From: Stegostoma tigrinum
Taxonomy: Eukaryota
Direction of reading: 5' to 3'
Assembly: GCF_030684315.1 (NCBI RefSeq)
Contig: NC_081398.1
Span: forward strand, 2,902,402 to 2,966,401
DNA: 64,000 nucleotides
Shown: positions 1 to 13,782 of the stretch, in pieces
How positions within the stretch are numbered: the stretch's first letter is position 1
Layout: every line of letters begins with the position of its first letter
Program-made: the position numbers and the translations under genes
Notes under the pieces: model-generated
What the model was told of the DNA's origin: nothing
The model's database searches: none
Seen by the model: only the letters and a program-made list of their open reading frames with translations

Positions 1-907
1 ATGGGTCAGCAAGTTTGCAGACGACACAAAGGTCGGAGGTGTCGTTGACAGTGTAGAGGGCTGTTGTAGGCTGCAGCGGGACATTGACAGGATGCAGAGA
101 TGAGCTGAGAGGTGGCAGATGGAGTTCAACCTGGATAAATGCGAGGTGATGCATTTTGGAAGGTCGAATTTGAAAGCTGAGTACAGGATTAAGGATAGGA
201 TTCTTGGCAGCGTGGAGGAACAGAGGGATCTTGGTGTGCAGATACATAGATCCCTTAAAATGGCCACCCAAGTGGACAGGGTTGTTAAGAAAGCATATGG
301 TGTTTTGGCTTTCATTAACAGGGGGATTGAGTTTAAGAGTCGTGAGATCTTGTTGCAGCTCTATAAAACTTTGGTTAGACCGCACTTGGAATACTGCGTC
401 CAGTTCTGGGCGCCCTATTATAGGAAAGATGTGGATGCTTTGGAGAGGGTTCAGAGGAGGTTTACCAGGATGCTGCCTGGACTGGAGGGCTTATCTTATG
501 AAGAGAGGTTGACTGAGCTCGGTCTCTTTTCATTGGAGAAAAGAAGGAGGAGAGGGGACCTAATTGAGGTATACAAGATAATGAGAGGCATAGATAGAGT
601 TGATAGCCAGAGACTATTTCCCAGGGCAGAAATGGCTAGCACGAGGGGTCATAGTTTTAAGCTGGTTGGTGGAAAGTATAGAGGGGATGTCAGAGGCAGG
701 TTCTTTACGCAGAGAGTTGTGAGAGCATGGAATGCGTTGCCAGCAGCAGTTGTGGAAGCAAGGTCATTGGGGTCATTTAAGAGACTGCTGGACATGCATA
801 TGGTCACAGAAATTTGAGGGTGCATCCATGAGGATCAATGGTCGGCACAACATTGTGGGCTGAAGGGCCTGTTCTGTGCTGTACTGTTCTATGTTCTATG
901 TTCTATG
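1..907 (+). mobile_element. Young CR1-clade LINE, 3' part of ORF2 (RT C-terminus) plus 3' UTR and (GTTCTAT)n tail
   Basis: ORF 119-817 with CR1 motifs LVRPHLEYCVQFWAP and FFTQRVVRAWNALP; FADD codons at the window start; tail gttctatgttctatgttctat at about 885-907. Confidence 0.93.
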
Positions 908-1506
908 ACTCTTAAACTCAATCCCCCTGTTAATGAAAGCCAAAACACCATATGCTTTCTTAACAACCCTGTCCACTTGGGTGGCCATTTTAAGGGATCT
1001 ATGTATCTGCACACCAAGATCCCTCTGTTCCTCCACGCAGCCAAGAATCCTATCCTTAATCCTGTACTCAGCTTTCAAATTCGACCTTCCAAAATGCATC
1101 ACCTCGCATTTATCCAGGTTGAACTCCATCTGCCACCTCTCAGCCCATCTCTGCATCCTGTCAATGTCCCACTGCAGCCTACAACAGCCCTCTACACTGT
1201 CAACGACACCTCCGACCTTTGTGTCGTCTGCAAACTTGCTGACCCATCCTTCAATTCCCTCGTCCAAGTCATTAATAAAAATTACAAACAGTAGAGGCCC
1301 AAGGACAGAGCCCTGTGGAACTCCACTCACCACTGACTTCCAGGCAGAATATTTTCCTTCTACTACCACTCGCTGTCTTCTGTTGGCCAGCCAATTCTGT
1401 ATCCAAGCAGCTAAGTTCCCCTGTATCCCATTCCTCCTGACCTTCTGAATGAGCCTACCATGGGGAACCTTATCAAATGCCTTACTGAAGTCCATATACA
1501 CCACAT
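903..1506 (-). mobile_element. Young CR1 LINE RT fragment, same family as 1-907, opposite orientation
   Basis: ORF 896-1504: YMDFSKAFDKVPH, GVPQGSVLGPLLF, FADD; 905-1250 is a near-identical reverse complement of 1-340. Confidence 0.92.
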
Positions 1507-1559
1507 ATATGATGTTATTTTACTGTTGTTGTGTGAAGTGATTGGTGGATAGAAAAACG

Positions 1560-1899
1560 AGAGGATTTAAAAAAAAACCACAAATTAAGAAACCTGAATC
1601 TGGAATATACTGAATTTTAGAGCAGATTACGTAATTGGATTAACTGAGAAAAGAATGTAGACTATACTCTGGTCACCTCAATCAGGTGGCACGACTTGCT
1701 GGTTCGACCATACATCAGGGGTGGGATATATTTATTTAAGTGTCAGTCCCCAAAGGCCATTGCGGTCATTAATTTGATGATGTGTCATATTGTTGTATTC
1801 TTTATATTGATGCTAATTATTTTCATTGCAGTTTTAATCTTATGTACCCTTATTATATGTTCTTGTCCAGCTATTGCTGAATTGTGTCTGCATCTGTAA
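1560..1899 (+). mobile_element. Endogenous retrovirus env C-terminal (TM subunit) remnant
   Basis: Across a frameshift reads GWDIF..SPKAIAVINLMMCHIVVFFILMLIIFIAVLIL, resembling the WWD-x-SPTATGILN-x-HPIVVLLIL membrane-proximal/TM motif of fish ERV envelopes; followed by PPT and LTR. Confidence 0.6.
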
Positions 1900-1934
1900 T
1901 TATAGTATGCATGTCAAATATCATTGGGGTGGAA

Positions 1935-2492
1935 TGTGTAGGATGGGCCAAAGGGCTAAATGTTAATGATGATCTTCGACAGCTGCTTGAGAAAATAGAT
2001 GGGCTGAAGGGCCAAAATTGTTGCAACTCAACAAGCTGCATGACCTTGAATGACCTGTGAACGTTCCTTTACAAGCTGACACCTGCAGACGGTTTTCCCA
2101 TCTTGTGTTTTCTGTACCAGCCAGCAGTTTTGTCTTTCTGTATATACTTTCTTTGTGCCAGATATTTTTTGCACTGTGTAAGAGACAGAGCTTTGTTCCA
2201 AGTTGCTGGACTTTGCCTTGGCTCGGAATTGTGAATAGTGCCAGGAATGAACTTAAGCCTCCAGAGCAGCCGTCAGTCGAGAGGCCCCTGACTCAGAAGA
2301 GGGCATGAGACTTGTTGCTTTTTCTAGAAGGGCATGAGACTTGTCTTTTGTTTCCCTTTTCTCTTCCATTTATTATTACCACTGTAATGATTTATTATTA
2401 CTTAATAAACATTCATATGTAAGCAAATTGCTGTTGTACAAGCCTTCTCTTAATTATATTTGCCCGAATCTGAAAAGAACCGCTTGGATACA
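1935..2492 (+). mobile_element. Putative 3' LTR of the ERV remnant
   Basis: Purine tract ggggtggaa 1926-1934 directly before TGT at 1935; AATAAA at about 2404; internal direct repeat agggcatgagacttgt (about 2300 and 2329); ends ACA at 2492, where CR1 sequence resumes. Confidence 0.6.
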
Positions 2493-2499
2493 TGCTGTG

Positions 2500-4905
2500 A
2501 GCCAAGACAGATGGCTCTATTGGTTAGGGAGAGCATTTCAATGCTAGATTAAGAGGATATCTCAGAGGGTTCAAGGACAGAATCAATTTGACGAGAACTA
2601 AGGGACAAAAAGAGAGCAATTATATCCCTCTGTGTTGTCTATAGATTACCAACTAGTATAGGAACAAATCTGCAGAGAAATTGCACAGAGATGTCAACAT
2701 TTCATTATCCAAAAATAGACTGTGTTAGTGGTAGTGTAGAGGAAAACAGTGGGCAAGTATTCCTAATTTGTGTGCAGGAGAATTTCCTACAGGAGTACAT
2801 GTCCAGTCCATAGCCAGCACATGTCCAGGCCTGGTTCTTGGAAATGAGATAGGCCAAGTAGATCAAGCGTCAGTTGGGGAACATTTAGGAGAGAGTGGTT
2901 ATTATATTGCAAGGTTTAGGATGATGACAGGGAAATACAATGGCCAATGCAAAGTAAGAAAAATCAAACGGCAATTAACTGACTTTAATGTGGCAAGAAT
3001 AGAGTTGGACAGACAGGAGGCTGGAAGATTACAGCAAGTCAGGCAGCATCTAGAGGAAAGGAGCAGTCAGCGTTTCAGGAATTACCTTCTTCCGGACTGG
3101 ATGTGGGGGTAGGGGGAGCTGCAGATAAAGACGGTGAGGAGTAGCCAAATGGCGGTGATAGGTGGACACTGGCAGTAGGTATGTCCTGGTTGGTCGATGG
3201 GATGGATGAATCTGGTTGGTGCATGGAAGGGAGGGTCAGAAGGTGGAATGGAAGGCAAGAGGTAGGGCTGGAAAGAGAGTTGCAGTATGGATGGAAAGGT
3301 TATTTGAAATTGAAGAACTCACTTGAGTTGACTGAGTACTAGTGTGAAGATAAGGTGTTCTTCAAATTTGTGTTCTGAATCGCTGCAATACTGAAGGAGG
3401 CTGAGGTTAGACATATTGGAGGGGGTTTGGGGCGGGGGGGGGGGGGAGGGTGGGAATTGAAATGGCTAGTGACTAGGATGTTAGGTTGACTGTTACAAGC
3501 CAGGAGAAGATGGCTGGATAGACTGAAATGAAAAGTTGGTGGGGAAAACTGTAACTGAGCAATGGACTATCCTCAAAGAGGAAATGATTTGGATAAATTA
3601 TATTCCTTCAAAAGGAAAAGATCAGACAAACAAATCCAAGGTCCCTGAATGATAAAAGAGACAGAAATTAAGATAAAGAAGAAAAAGTTTACTTATGACG
3701 GGTGTCCCATAGAAAATATAGTTAAGAACCGATGAATACAGAAGATTTAAGGGGATGGGAAAAAGGCATGTTAGAGAAGCAAAGAGGAATTCTGAGAAAA
3801 GACTGGCAGCCAACATAAAGGGGAATCCTAACATCTTTAATAATATAGTAAAAGTGAGGTAAAAGAAAGATTAGGATTCATTAGGAATCAAAAGGGAGAT
3901 TGACACATGGAGGCTAAGGGCATGGCTGAGATATTAAATTAACACTTTACAGCTGTCTTTACAAACGAGGTAGATGATATCTTGGCTGTGTTGAGAGAGG
4001 ATGTAAATCTTATCACTGGAAGGGTTCAAAAGTGATAAGAAAGAAGTTAGTACTTAAGAAATGTTCGCACTTGATGTTGACAAGATACTTGGACCAGATG
4101 AAATGTGTTCAAGGATATTGAAGGAAGTGAGAATGGAAACTGTATGGGGAAAAGCCATAGTATTTCAATCCTCCCCAGACTCAGGAAAGATTTTAGAAGA
4201 TTGCAAAATCACAAATATCACACCCTTGTTCAGAAAAGGTTGTAAAGATAAGCCCAGCGATTATAGGCCAGTCAGTTTAACTTCAGCGTTTAGGAGACCT
4301 CTAGAAAAATGATTCTGTTTGTAGTTAGTAGTCACATGTGAAAAGGTGGGTTGATTAGGAAGAGGCAGCATAGATTTCTTAAACAGAAAAATATTATTCA
4401 ACTAACAAAGTTTTCTGGAGCAGAAACAGAAAAGGGACATAAATGTGTTGGTGGAATGGGCTGATTGGTGGCAGATGAAATTCAATGTAGAGATGAACAA
4501 GGTGATCATTTTGGCAGGAGGCAAATGAACAGAAAATATAAAATAAGGGTCATAATTCTGAAGGTTGTGCAGAAGCAGAGAGACCAAGGTACATATGTGC
4601 ACAGACCATTGAAGGTAGCAGGATGGGTGTAAAGAGAAGTTAATAAAGCATGCAGCTTTTAAAGCTTTATTAATTGGGGCTAGATTATTAGAGCAAGAAG
4701 GTTATGCCAAACATGTATAAGACATGTGTTGGATCTCATTTGGAGTATTGCCTACAATTCTGGGCACCACACTGTAGGATGGATGTGAACACGTTGGAGA
4801 GAGTGGAGAAGAGAGTTACATAAATAGATCCATAGACGAGAAACTTCAGTTGAGGATAGATTGGAGAGGTTGGGACAGTTCTTCTTGGGTGTGAAGAAGG
4901 CTAAT
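2500..4905 (+). mobile_element. Old degenerate CR1 LINE ORF2 (endonuclease to RT), interrupted by a Penelope-type fragment at about 3008-3500
   Basis: Broken frames incl. ORF 4061-4312 (GPDEMCSRILKE, ITPLFRKG, YRPVSLTS). Confidence 0.85.
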
Positions 4906-7800
4906 AGAAATCAGAGTTTTACAGCATGGAAAGAAAAGTTATCCCATGCAAATCAACAAGCATTCATCAAGTGTCATATAGATACTCTTCAAGTGTCTTA
5001 AGAGTTCCTGCATCTACCACTCTTTTAGACAGTGAGTTCCCAATGCCCACTATCCTCTAGGTGAAACATTTTCTCAAATCCTCTCCAAACCTTCTGCTTC
5101 TTACCATGAAAATCTACCTCCCCCCACCTCTACTAAGGAAAAAAATTTCAAACCTAATCTATGAATGTCATGACTTTGTATACCAGTCATGTCCCCCCTC
5201 AGCTTTCCTCGCTCTTCAGAAAACAATACCAGCCTAAATAGTTTATCTTCAGAGCTAAATCGCTCCAGCCCAGGCAACATTCTAGTGAATCTTCTCTGCG
5301 CCTCTCCAGTGTCGTTTCATCCTTTCTATAGCAACAGAAGCATAGAAGAAAAGAGCAAGAAGAAGCCATTCAGCCCTTCAGGCCTGCTCTGCCATTCTTC
5401 ACGATTATGCCTGATCATCCGACTCAATAGCTTAATCCTGCTTTCTCCCCATGACCATTGATCCTTTTTGCCCCAAGTGCTATATCTAGTGCATCTTGAG
5501 TACATTCAGTGTTTTGGCATCAAATGAATTCCACAGGCTCACCACTCTTCGGGTGAAGAACTGTCTCCTCATCTCTGTCCTAAATAGCCTACCCCAAATC
5601 CTCATACTGTGACCTCTGGTTCTGGACACACCCACCATCGGGAATATTCTTGTATCTACCCTGTCCAGTCCTTAAACAATTTTATAAATCTCTATGAGAT
5701 CCCTCCTCATTCATCTGCACTCCAGCGAAAACAATCGTAACCTAGTCAATCTCTCCGCATATGTCAAACCTGCCATCCCCAGAATGAGCCTGGTAAACCT
5801 TTGCTTCACTCCCTCGAGAGTAAGATCATCCTTCCTCAGAAAAGGAGACCAAAATTGCACACAATGTTCCAGGTGTAGTCTCACCAAGGCCCTGTATAAC
5901 TGCAACAACACATCCCTGCTCCTGTCCTCGAAACCTCTCACAATGAAGACCAACAAACCATTTGCCTTCTTCACTACCTGTTGCACCTGCATGCTTACCT
6001 TCTGTGACTGGTCCACAAGGACATCCAGGTCCCACTGCACACTCCCCTCTTCCAATTTACATCCCTTCAGGTAGTAATCTGCCTTCTTGTTTTTGCTTTT
6101 GAAGTGAACAGCCTCACATTTATCCAAATTATACTGTATCTGCCATTGATTTGCCCACTCACCCAACCTATCAAGATCATGCTGAAGGATCTCTGCATCC
6201 TCATCACAGTTCACCCTCCCACCCAACTTGGTGTCATCTGCAAACTTGGAGATGTTACATTTTGTTCCCTCATCTGAATCATTAATAGATATTGTGAATA
6301 GCTGGGGTCCCATCACCAATCCCTGTGGCACCTCACAAGCTACTGCCTGCCAATTTGAAAAGTGCCCATTAATTCCTGCTCTCTGTTTCCTCTCTGCCAA
6401 CCAGTTTCCTATCTATCTCAAAACACTTCCCCAATCCCATGCGCTTTAATCTTGCACATTAATCTCTTATGTGGGACTTTGTCAAACACTTTCTGACAGT
6501 GACTAAAACTGTACACAGTACTCCAGCTGTTGCCTAACTGATATTACGAATAGCTCCATCATTACCTTTTTGCTCGTATACTCAGTGCCCTCACTAATAA
6601 AGGTAAATATTCCACATGTCTTCTTAATCACCTTATCTACATGTCCTGCTGCCTTCAAAAATATGTGGACTTGCAAACCAAAGACGCCATCATCCTTGGC
6701 ACTCCTCAGGATCCTATCATTCAAGGTGAATTCGCTTACCTTATTAGTCCTCCTAAAATGTATCACCTCACTTTCCAGAATTAAATTCCAGTTCCCACTG
6801 TATAGCCCATCTGACAAGCCTGTCTATGTCATCGCATAGTCTGAGGGTTTCCTCCTCAATATTTATACACAACCAATTTTCATGCAAATTTACTGATTAT
6901 ACTTCCTACATTCAATTCTAGATCATTTATGTGCACAATGAACAGCAAGAAACTCATGTTTCGCCACTGGACACAAGCTTCCTGTTATAAAACACCCATT
7001 CAACAATCACCCTTTGCTTCCTGACACCAAGCCAAGTATGGATCCCATTCACCAAATTGCCCTGGATTTCACAGGCTCTTGGCTTCTTAACCAGTCCATC
7101 AGCAAGACCTTGTCAAACTTCTTACTGAAATCCATCTAGACTCTATCAACTGTATTGTCATCTATACACCTTGCCGTCTCCTGAAAAAAATTAAATTTGT
7201 TAGACATAAACTCTCCCTGACAAAGTTAATCCTTGTCAAAGGTAGATTAATTTTGTCAGAATTAACTCCCTCAACTTTTTCCTGCAGTTTCCCTACCACT
7301 GCTCTACCATCAACCAACCAATTAATACCTACCACCAGTGTCCAGCTATCACCACCATTCTGCTTCCACTCCTTCCCGCCACTCTATCTGCAGCTCTCCC
7401 TACTCACCCTGCTATCCAGTCCTGAAGGAGGGTAATACCTGAAGCGTAACTGCTCCTTTCCTGCAGATGCTGCCTGTCCTGCTGTGTCCTTCCAGCCTCC
7501 TATTTGTCTACCTTAGATCTGCAGTTTATTTTGTCTCTCCTACCACTGATGTTGGATTCACTGGCCTGTAGTTTCCAGGTTTACCCTAACCACCTTTCTT
7601 GAATAATAGCATCATACTAGCAATTCTGTGGCCAGAAAAGGTTCATAAAAAGTAATGTCAGAATACCTGTAATCTTCTTCCTTGTCTCCCACAGAATCCT
7701 AGGACACATCATCTGGGCCTGGGGATTTATTTACTTTTGAGCCCTCTAAGCTAATACTTGTACCCTCTCAGTGCTAATTTGTTCAAGTATATCATAGTTT
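4905..7800 (-). mobile_element. Degenerate CR1 LINE containing a nested CR1 copy (about 5335-6500) and a Penelope-type insert (7302-7538)
   Basis: ORFs 5711-6400 (VPQGLVMGP, FADD) and 6503-6817; insert flanked by TSD cctaccactg (7292-7301 and 7539-7548). Confidence 0.85.
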
Positions 7801-8374
7801 CCCTCCCTAATTTCTCTACCTGATCTCATCTGATAAAGTTTTCAAAATCATGAAGGGACTGGTTAGAGTTGATAGGGAGAAACTGTTCCCAGTTGTAAAA
7901 CAGTCAAGAATGAGAAGGCACTGATTTAAAGTGATTTGCAATAGACTTAAATATGACATGGGAATTTTTCCTGCATACAATGATTGTTTTGGGCCTGTAA
8001 TAATAGATAAATATGAATAAATCAATCCTTAAATAATAAACCATCACCTAGTTGTCAATTAAAATAATAAATTGCATGCACTACCTGGAAATGTGGTGGA
8101 GGTGGTTTAACTGATACATACAAGAGTGAAATAGCTTATTATTTCTATTTAAGTAATGTGCAAGGGTATAGGGAAAAGATGGGATAAAAGCACCAAGCCT
8201 TGATGCTCCTTTGGAGAGCCGGTCCAGACATGATAGATTGAATGGTCTCCTTTCATGCTGTAACACTTCTATGATGCTGTGAACATAATACCCTTTAAAT
8301 CATGTTTTCTAAATGTCTGGCATGATATCTCCCCCATTGCTGCAAATCACCACATTCACACTTCTGAGAGGCCA

Positions 8375-8800
8375 AGTAGTAGTTTCATTTTGTCTGTAAA
8401 GTCAGAAGATGGGGGATCCAGTCCCACTCCAGGTGTTTGGGCACATAAATAAGCTTGATACTTCCAGTAATCTATTGAGGGAGTGCTACACTATTCAAGG
8501 TAGCATCTTTCAGATGAACCATTAAACCAAGATTCACTCTGCTGTTAGAGATCTATAGAAATCATATCAGGCTTGAAACTGTTTCTCCCTCCACAGATAC
8601 TGCAAGACTCATGGAGTTTCTCTAGCAGTCTGTTTTTATCCCCTGGGATGCATGTAAAAGATCCATTGGCATTATTTTGTGTGGAACAGCAGGGAAGTTC
8701 CTGATGGTGTCTTGGCTAATATCATAGACAATATTTGCTCATTATCACATTGTTGTCTAAGATCTTGCTGTGGCCAGATTTGCTGGGACATTTCTTGTAT
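8375..8800 (+). mobile_element. Old tRNA-derived SINE, Deu-domain/SacSINE1-like; related copies on - near 31090-31400 and 35330-36060
   Basis: Core motifs gagggagtgct..tctttcagatga..ttaaacc and gtaaaagatcc; family name from recall. Confidence 0.55.
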
Positions 8801-9149
8801 GGTAGCATTGACAGCAATCAAACTTTGTGAATGTTCAACAGATTGATAACCATTGGTTGCATTATGCAACAAAATACTTTCAGACAATTGCAAGGGTTTT
8901 ATTGTAATTCTATAATTTAAAATAAACACGTTTCCACCATTCTCTATTGGATCATTTCCCTGTTTAGAAGCTAATTCGCCTACTGAGGTAGAAGCCAGCT
9001 CTTTTCTTAAAAAACGCTGCCACTAACTAAACTGTCAATACGCAAATAACTGACACTCCACACACCAGGGGCAACAGAAAACAACAACTCTGCTTTCTTT
9101 ATCTACATCCAATGATTTAGAGATCAGCGTGAGAACTTCGCTCCTTCTT

Positions 9150-10520
9150 TGTGACTTACCATCAAATTAAATAATTAAACCATGTAAACAGTAACAATTA
9201 ACAAGCACTATCCATCAGGGGCTGGGCAACCGCAACAAAAATAGAGTTAGGGTAGGAAGAGACGGAGGGAGCTAATTTTAAGTTAAAGCTGGAGACTGAA
9301 ATAACGCACCCTAACTCTCACATGCCTGCCTTTCTGTAAACATGTTGAGGGTGTTGGTGGACGCCTTATGCTCCTTTTTCAAGGAGACCTGAGCACAATT
9401 CTAGCTACGGAACAGAGGCAGGCAGTAGAGAATTATGACAATTCTTCAGACAACTGCCTGGACCTATTGTGGTTTCTTTAGCCAGGTCCAAAAGAATGTC
9501 CCCTAACTTGCTTACCCCCATTCTGCACCTGGTGCCCACAGTTCTAGAACATAAGCCTAAAATGCAACCAAAAGAATAGATAAAACATCATGAACTAAGA
9601 AAGGGACTGCAATCACCAACAACCAACATATGTGTGATCCACAGACCCTGTACAACTACAAAGTAGTTTTTCAGTTGAAGAACCTGGCTGTTTTTAAAAT
9701 AACAAGCCATTACCAAATCACCCAGATCACCAATAAAATAACAAGTTGCAAGTACTTCTACCACAGGCAGTTCAACAATAACAAAAGTGAAGGGTAGAGC
9801 AAGAGGTAGTAAGTAGACTAAATTAAGATGGAGTTGAAGGGGGAGAATAATACATTCCAACCTGTACAGTGCCCAACTCTCTGGAAAGGAGAAACTGTCT
9901 TTTGTTTTATATAAGTCTCCACAAAGTCACCCATGTTATCAATTAAACAATTAACAAACAAGCACTGCTCACAAGGGGCAACATCAACAAAAATATAAGT
10001 AGGTAGGAAGAGAGGGAGGGAACTAAATTAATATGGAGTTGAAGGGGATTATAGTACTTAGTAGCCCTTCTGGTGCAGATCTGTCTCTTAGGAAGAGCAA
10101 TCTCAATTTATATGCCGCCACAAAGTTACCTGTATCATTAATTAAGCAATCAACAAATGACAGGTAGCATTAGCAGTAATAAAAATAGGGGAGAGTAGTA
10201 AGAGAGAGAGGGAATTAAAATGGATTTGAAGGAGGAGAACCTAGCTCTATTTTTTAATAGCCCATCGTCAAATCACCTATATCAAACTGAATTAACAATT
10301 TACAGCACTGGTCACCATTGCCCACTTCTTCTGCGGCTATGTTCACAACAACGTGTCCTCAAATTGGAACTCTGACCTCTGTGGCCTGTGCTTGGACCTG
10401 TTGTGGCTACTTTGGGTCCAGGAAGAGGTTCTGTAACTTGCAAATACTTAGCTGTCTTATTTAATAACCCACTACCAAATCACCCATGTTTCTAATTAAA
10501 GGAGTGATTAACAAGCACCA
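9150..10520. repeat. Degenerate tandem repeat, unit roughly 150-200 bp
   Basis: Recurring caaa(g/a)tcacc..aattaaacaattaacaa..atggagttgaagggg near 9158, 9711, 9919, 10117, 10266, 10474. Confidence 0.65.
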
Positions 10521-11689
10521 CAGAGAACCTAGTTCAAGCCAAGTGAGCATTGTCTGCTCTCAATCAACTCTGGAGCTGTTCTGGTTGACCCCAGTGGTGG
10601 TGGCACAGAGCAACTTAAAAGGTGGACTCCAGATGGGGGCAGAGACAAACTGCTGTCAGCTCCTGCCTCCTCCAGCCTCTCTCTGCTTCTCTCTTATGAG
10701 AAACTCTCCAATTCCAATTCAAACTGGACAGTCCAGATTCCCAGACTGGCTTCTTTCAGGTAGGTCCCTTGTGGTACTCTGATAGAGTCCTTACTTTTGA
10801 ACCAGGAAGACCTGGGTTCAAGTTCAGTCTGTTCTAGAAATATGTTATAATATCTCTTAACAGGTCAATGAGCAGCCTGTGTTAAGTGCATGGTCAAAAT
10901 TCTGAATCTCGAACAGGATGTTAAAAAACATCTTCTGGTTGAACGCCATGTCTCTACTTCAGAAGTCCCTATTAGAACCAGGAGGTTGAGTTTCAAGTCC
11001 CACCTGCTCCAGAGGTTTGTGTAATAACATCACTGAATAGGTTGCTTTGAAAAAAAATCTTCTGGCTGACCCTAAAAGGGACCTTCATTTCTAACACTTA
11101 CAGTGAAATGTACAATATAAGTGAAATTTCTTCCATTCTTTTACAGTTTGACAGTTTGAGTTATAAAGAAAGGCTGGATAGGCTGGGACTCTACACTGGA
11201 GCATAGGTGGTTGAGAGATGACCCTGATAGAAGTTTACAAAACAATGAGAGGTATAGATAGAGTTAACGGTAGGTGTCTTTCCCCCAGGTTGGGAGATTT
11301 TAAGACTAGGGGACACATTAAGTTGAGAGGAAAGAAATTTTAAAAAAGCATGAGGCAAATTTTTCAGAGAGGGTGGTTCGTGTGTGGAATGAACTTCCTC
11401 AGGAAGTGGTGGATGTGGTACAGTTACAATGTTCAACAGGTACAGGATTGGATAGGTACAGGAATGGGAAAGGTTTGGAGGGATATGGGCCAGGAGCAGG
11501 CAGGTGGGATTAGTTTAGTTTGGGATTATGTTCAGCATGGACTAGTGGACAGAAGGGTCTGTTCCATACTGTATGACTCTATGACAATGTCAATTTGATT
11601 CCCATATAATTTATTAAGGATAAATTGCAAGGGATCAAAGTGTGAATGACAGCAGATTACAGTCAGAAACTGTTGTATAACTTTACATG

Positions 11690-13290
11690 TACTCCAAGAC
11701 ACAGCCAATATCCCCATTCTCAATGATGGGGGAGACCAATGGATCAGTGCAAAAGATAAAGCTGAAACATTTGCAATAGTGTTCAGCCAGAAGTGCCCGG
11801 TGGATGATCCATCCTGGCCTCCTCCCCAGGTACCCAGCATCATTGATGCCAGTCTTCAGCCAGTTCCATTCACTCCATGTGTAATTAAAGGCTGAAGACA
11901 CTGGATACTGCAAAGACTATGGATCCTGACAACTATACTGAAGACGTATACACCACAACTTGCCACAATCCCGGCCACACTATTCCAGTACAGCTACTAT
12001 GCTGGCATCTACTTGACAATGTGGAAAATTTCACAGGTATGTCCTGTACACTGAGAACAAATCTAGCCTGGCCAATTACTACTCCATCAGTCTACTCAAT
12101 CATCGTGAATTGATGGAAGTTGTCATAAACAGTACTATGAAGCAGCACTTGCTTAGTAACAAATTGCTCACTGGTGCCTAATTTGGTTCCGCCAGTGCCA
12201 TGCGCCTCCTGACCTTAATACAGCCTTGAATCAAACATGGACAAAAAGGAGCCAAATTCCTCAGGTAAAGTGAGAGTGACCCTGCGCATCAAGGCTGCAT
12301 TTGGCTGAGTGTGGCATCAAGGAAACCTAGTCAATGTGAATCAGAGGGAAAATTCTCTGCTGGTTGATGTCATACATGGCATCAAGGAAAGTGGTTGTGT
12401 TGTTGGATATCAGTCGTATCAGTTCCAGAACATCTCTGCAGGAGCTCCTCAGGGTAGTGTCCTAGGCCCAACCATCATCAACTGCTTCATCAGTGACCTT
12501 CCCTCCATCATAAGGTTAGAATGGGGATGTTCGCTGATGATTGCACAATGTTCAGCATCATTCATGACTCATTAGAAACTGAGAGAGTTCATGTCCAAAT
12601 GCAACAAGGCTTGGGCAGTATCCAGGCTTGAGCTAAAAAGTGGCAAATAACATTCGTGCCACACAAATACCAGGCAATGACCATCTCCAATAAGAGCACC
12701 TAACCATTGTCCCTCGATATTCAATGACTAACCATCACTAAATCCCTCCCACACTATTAGCAGCCTAGGACATACCATTAATTACAATTTGAACTGGCCT
12801 AGCCATATAAGTACAGTGACTACAAGAATATGTCAGACTATGAATGTTGCAGTGGGTAACCTGACACCCCAAAGCCTGACAATCATCTACAAGTAAGGAG
12901 TGTAATGGAATATTCCTTACTGCCTGGATGAGTGCAGCTCCAACAATTCAAGAAAGTTGACAGCATGCAGAACAAAACAGCTTGCTTGATTTGTGCAACA
13001 TCTGCAAACATCCACTCAATCCACTGACGCTCAGTAGCAGCCGTGTGCACCATCTACAAGTTGCACTGCAGCAATTCACCAAGGCCGTTTAGATAGCACC
13101 TTCCAAGTCCAGAACCATTTCCTTCCCAAAGGAACATAGGCAACACATGAAACACCACTGCCTGCAGTTCCCTTCCAAGTCATTCGCCATTCTGACTTGA
13201 AAATATACTACCATTCCTTCAGTGTTGCTGGGTCAAAATTCTGAAACTCTCTCCCTAACAGCACTGTGGGTCTACAACTGCACATGCACT
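11690..13290 (+). mobile_element. Second CR1/L2-group LINE family (RT remnant); other copies on - at 17000-17280, 18110-19100, 46860-47920 and on + at 59330-60110
   Basis: ORF 12309-12575 GAPQGSVLGPTI; ORF 18898-19107 GPDNIAAIVLKTCAPQLA. Confidence 0.8.
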
Positions 13291-13720
13291 GAAACAATTC
13301 TGTGACTGAGCCAATTACTCAATAAACTATGGTTGGTCCCTGGTTGTAAAATTGTTTAGCAGGGAATACTTGAAAATTGCTTTTACAGTCCTCTTTTAAC
13401 AGATTGAGAATAAAACCATCTATTGCCTGGGCTGACTTTTGAGTTCCTATGCTTGTGGTTATTGTCACTTCCTATGTGCTTTTATCGTTCCCCACCATCA
13501 ATCAACCTAACATTGCTAGTTTCCTGTTGTCACAGCTGTTGCCTAGCGATGATTCATGATAATGTGTGTTAAGGCTCCATAACATAGGCTAGGCCGGCTG
13601 CAGTGCTTTTTTTTATTCAAATGAGGCAATGCACCGGCATACTTCCTTTGAGCTGATTGTTACTTCATTTTTAGTTGACAGAATCCAATTTTAAAATGTA
13701 AACAACTCTCTCAAGCTTAC

Positions 13721-13782
13721 AGTATCTTTCTTAGGAATAGTGAGATACCCCCTTCCCATGTCTTTCAGTTCTGCTTTCAACT
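13721..13782 (-). other. Candidate 62-bp exon of an unidentified minus-strand gene or pseudogene
   Basis: ttccgcag acceptor, ACT|gtaagc donor; reads ELKAELKDMGRGYLTIPKKDT; phase-compatible with candidate exon 14906-14957. Confidence 0.35.

Noticed and set aside
13538-13705. X-box-like gttgcctagcgat and forkhead tgtaaacaa
   Set aside because: Imperfect short motifs with no linked transcription start evidence
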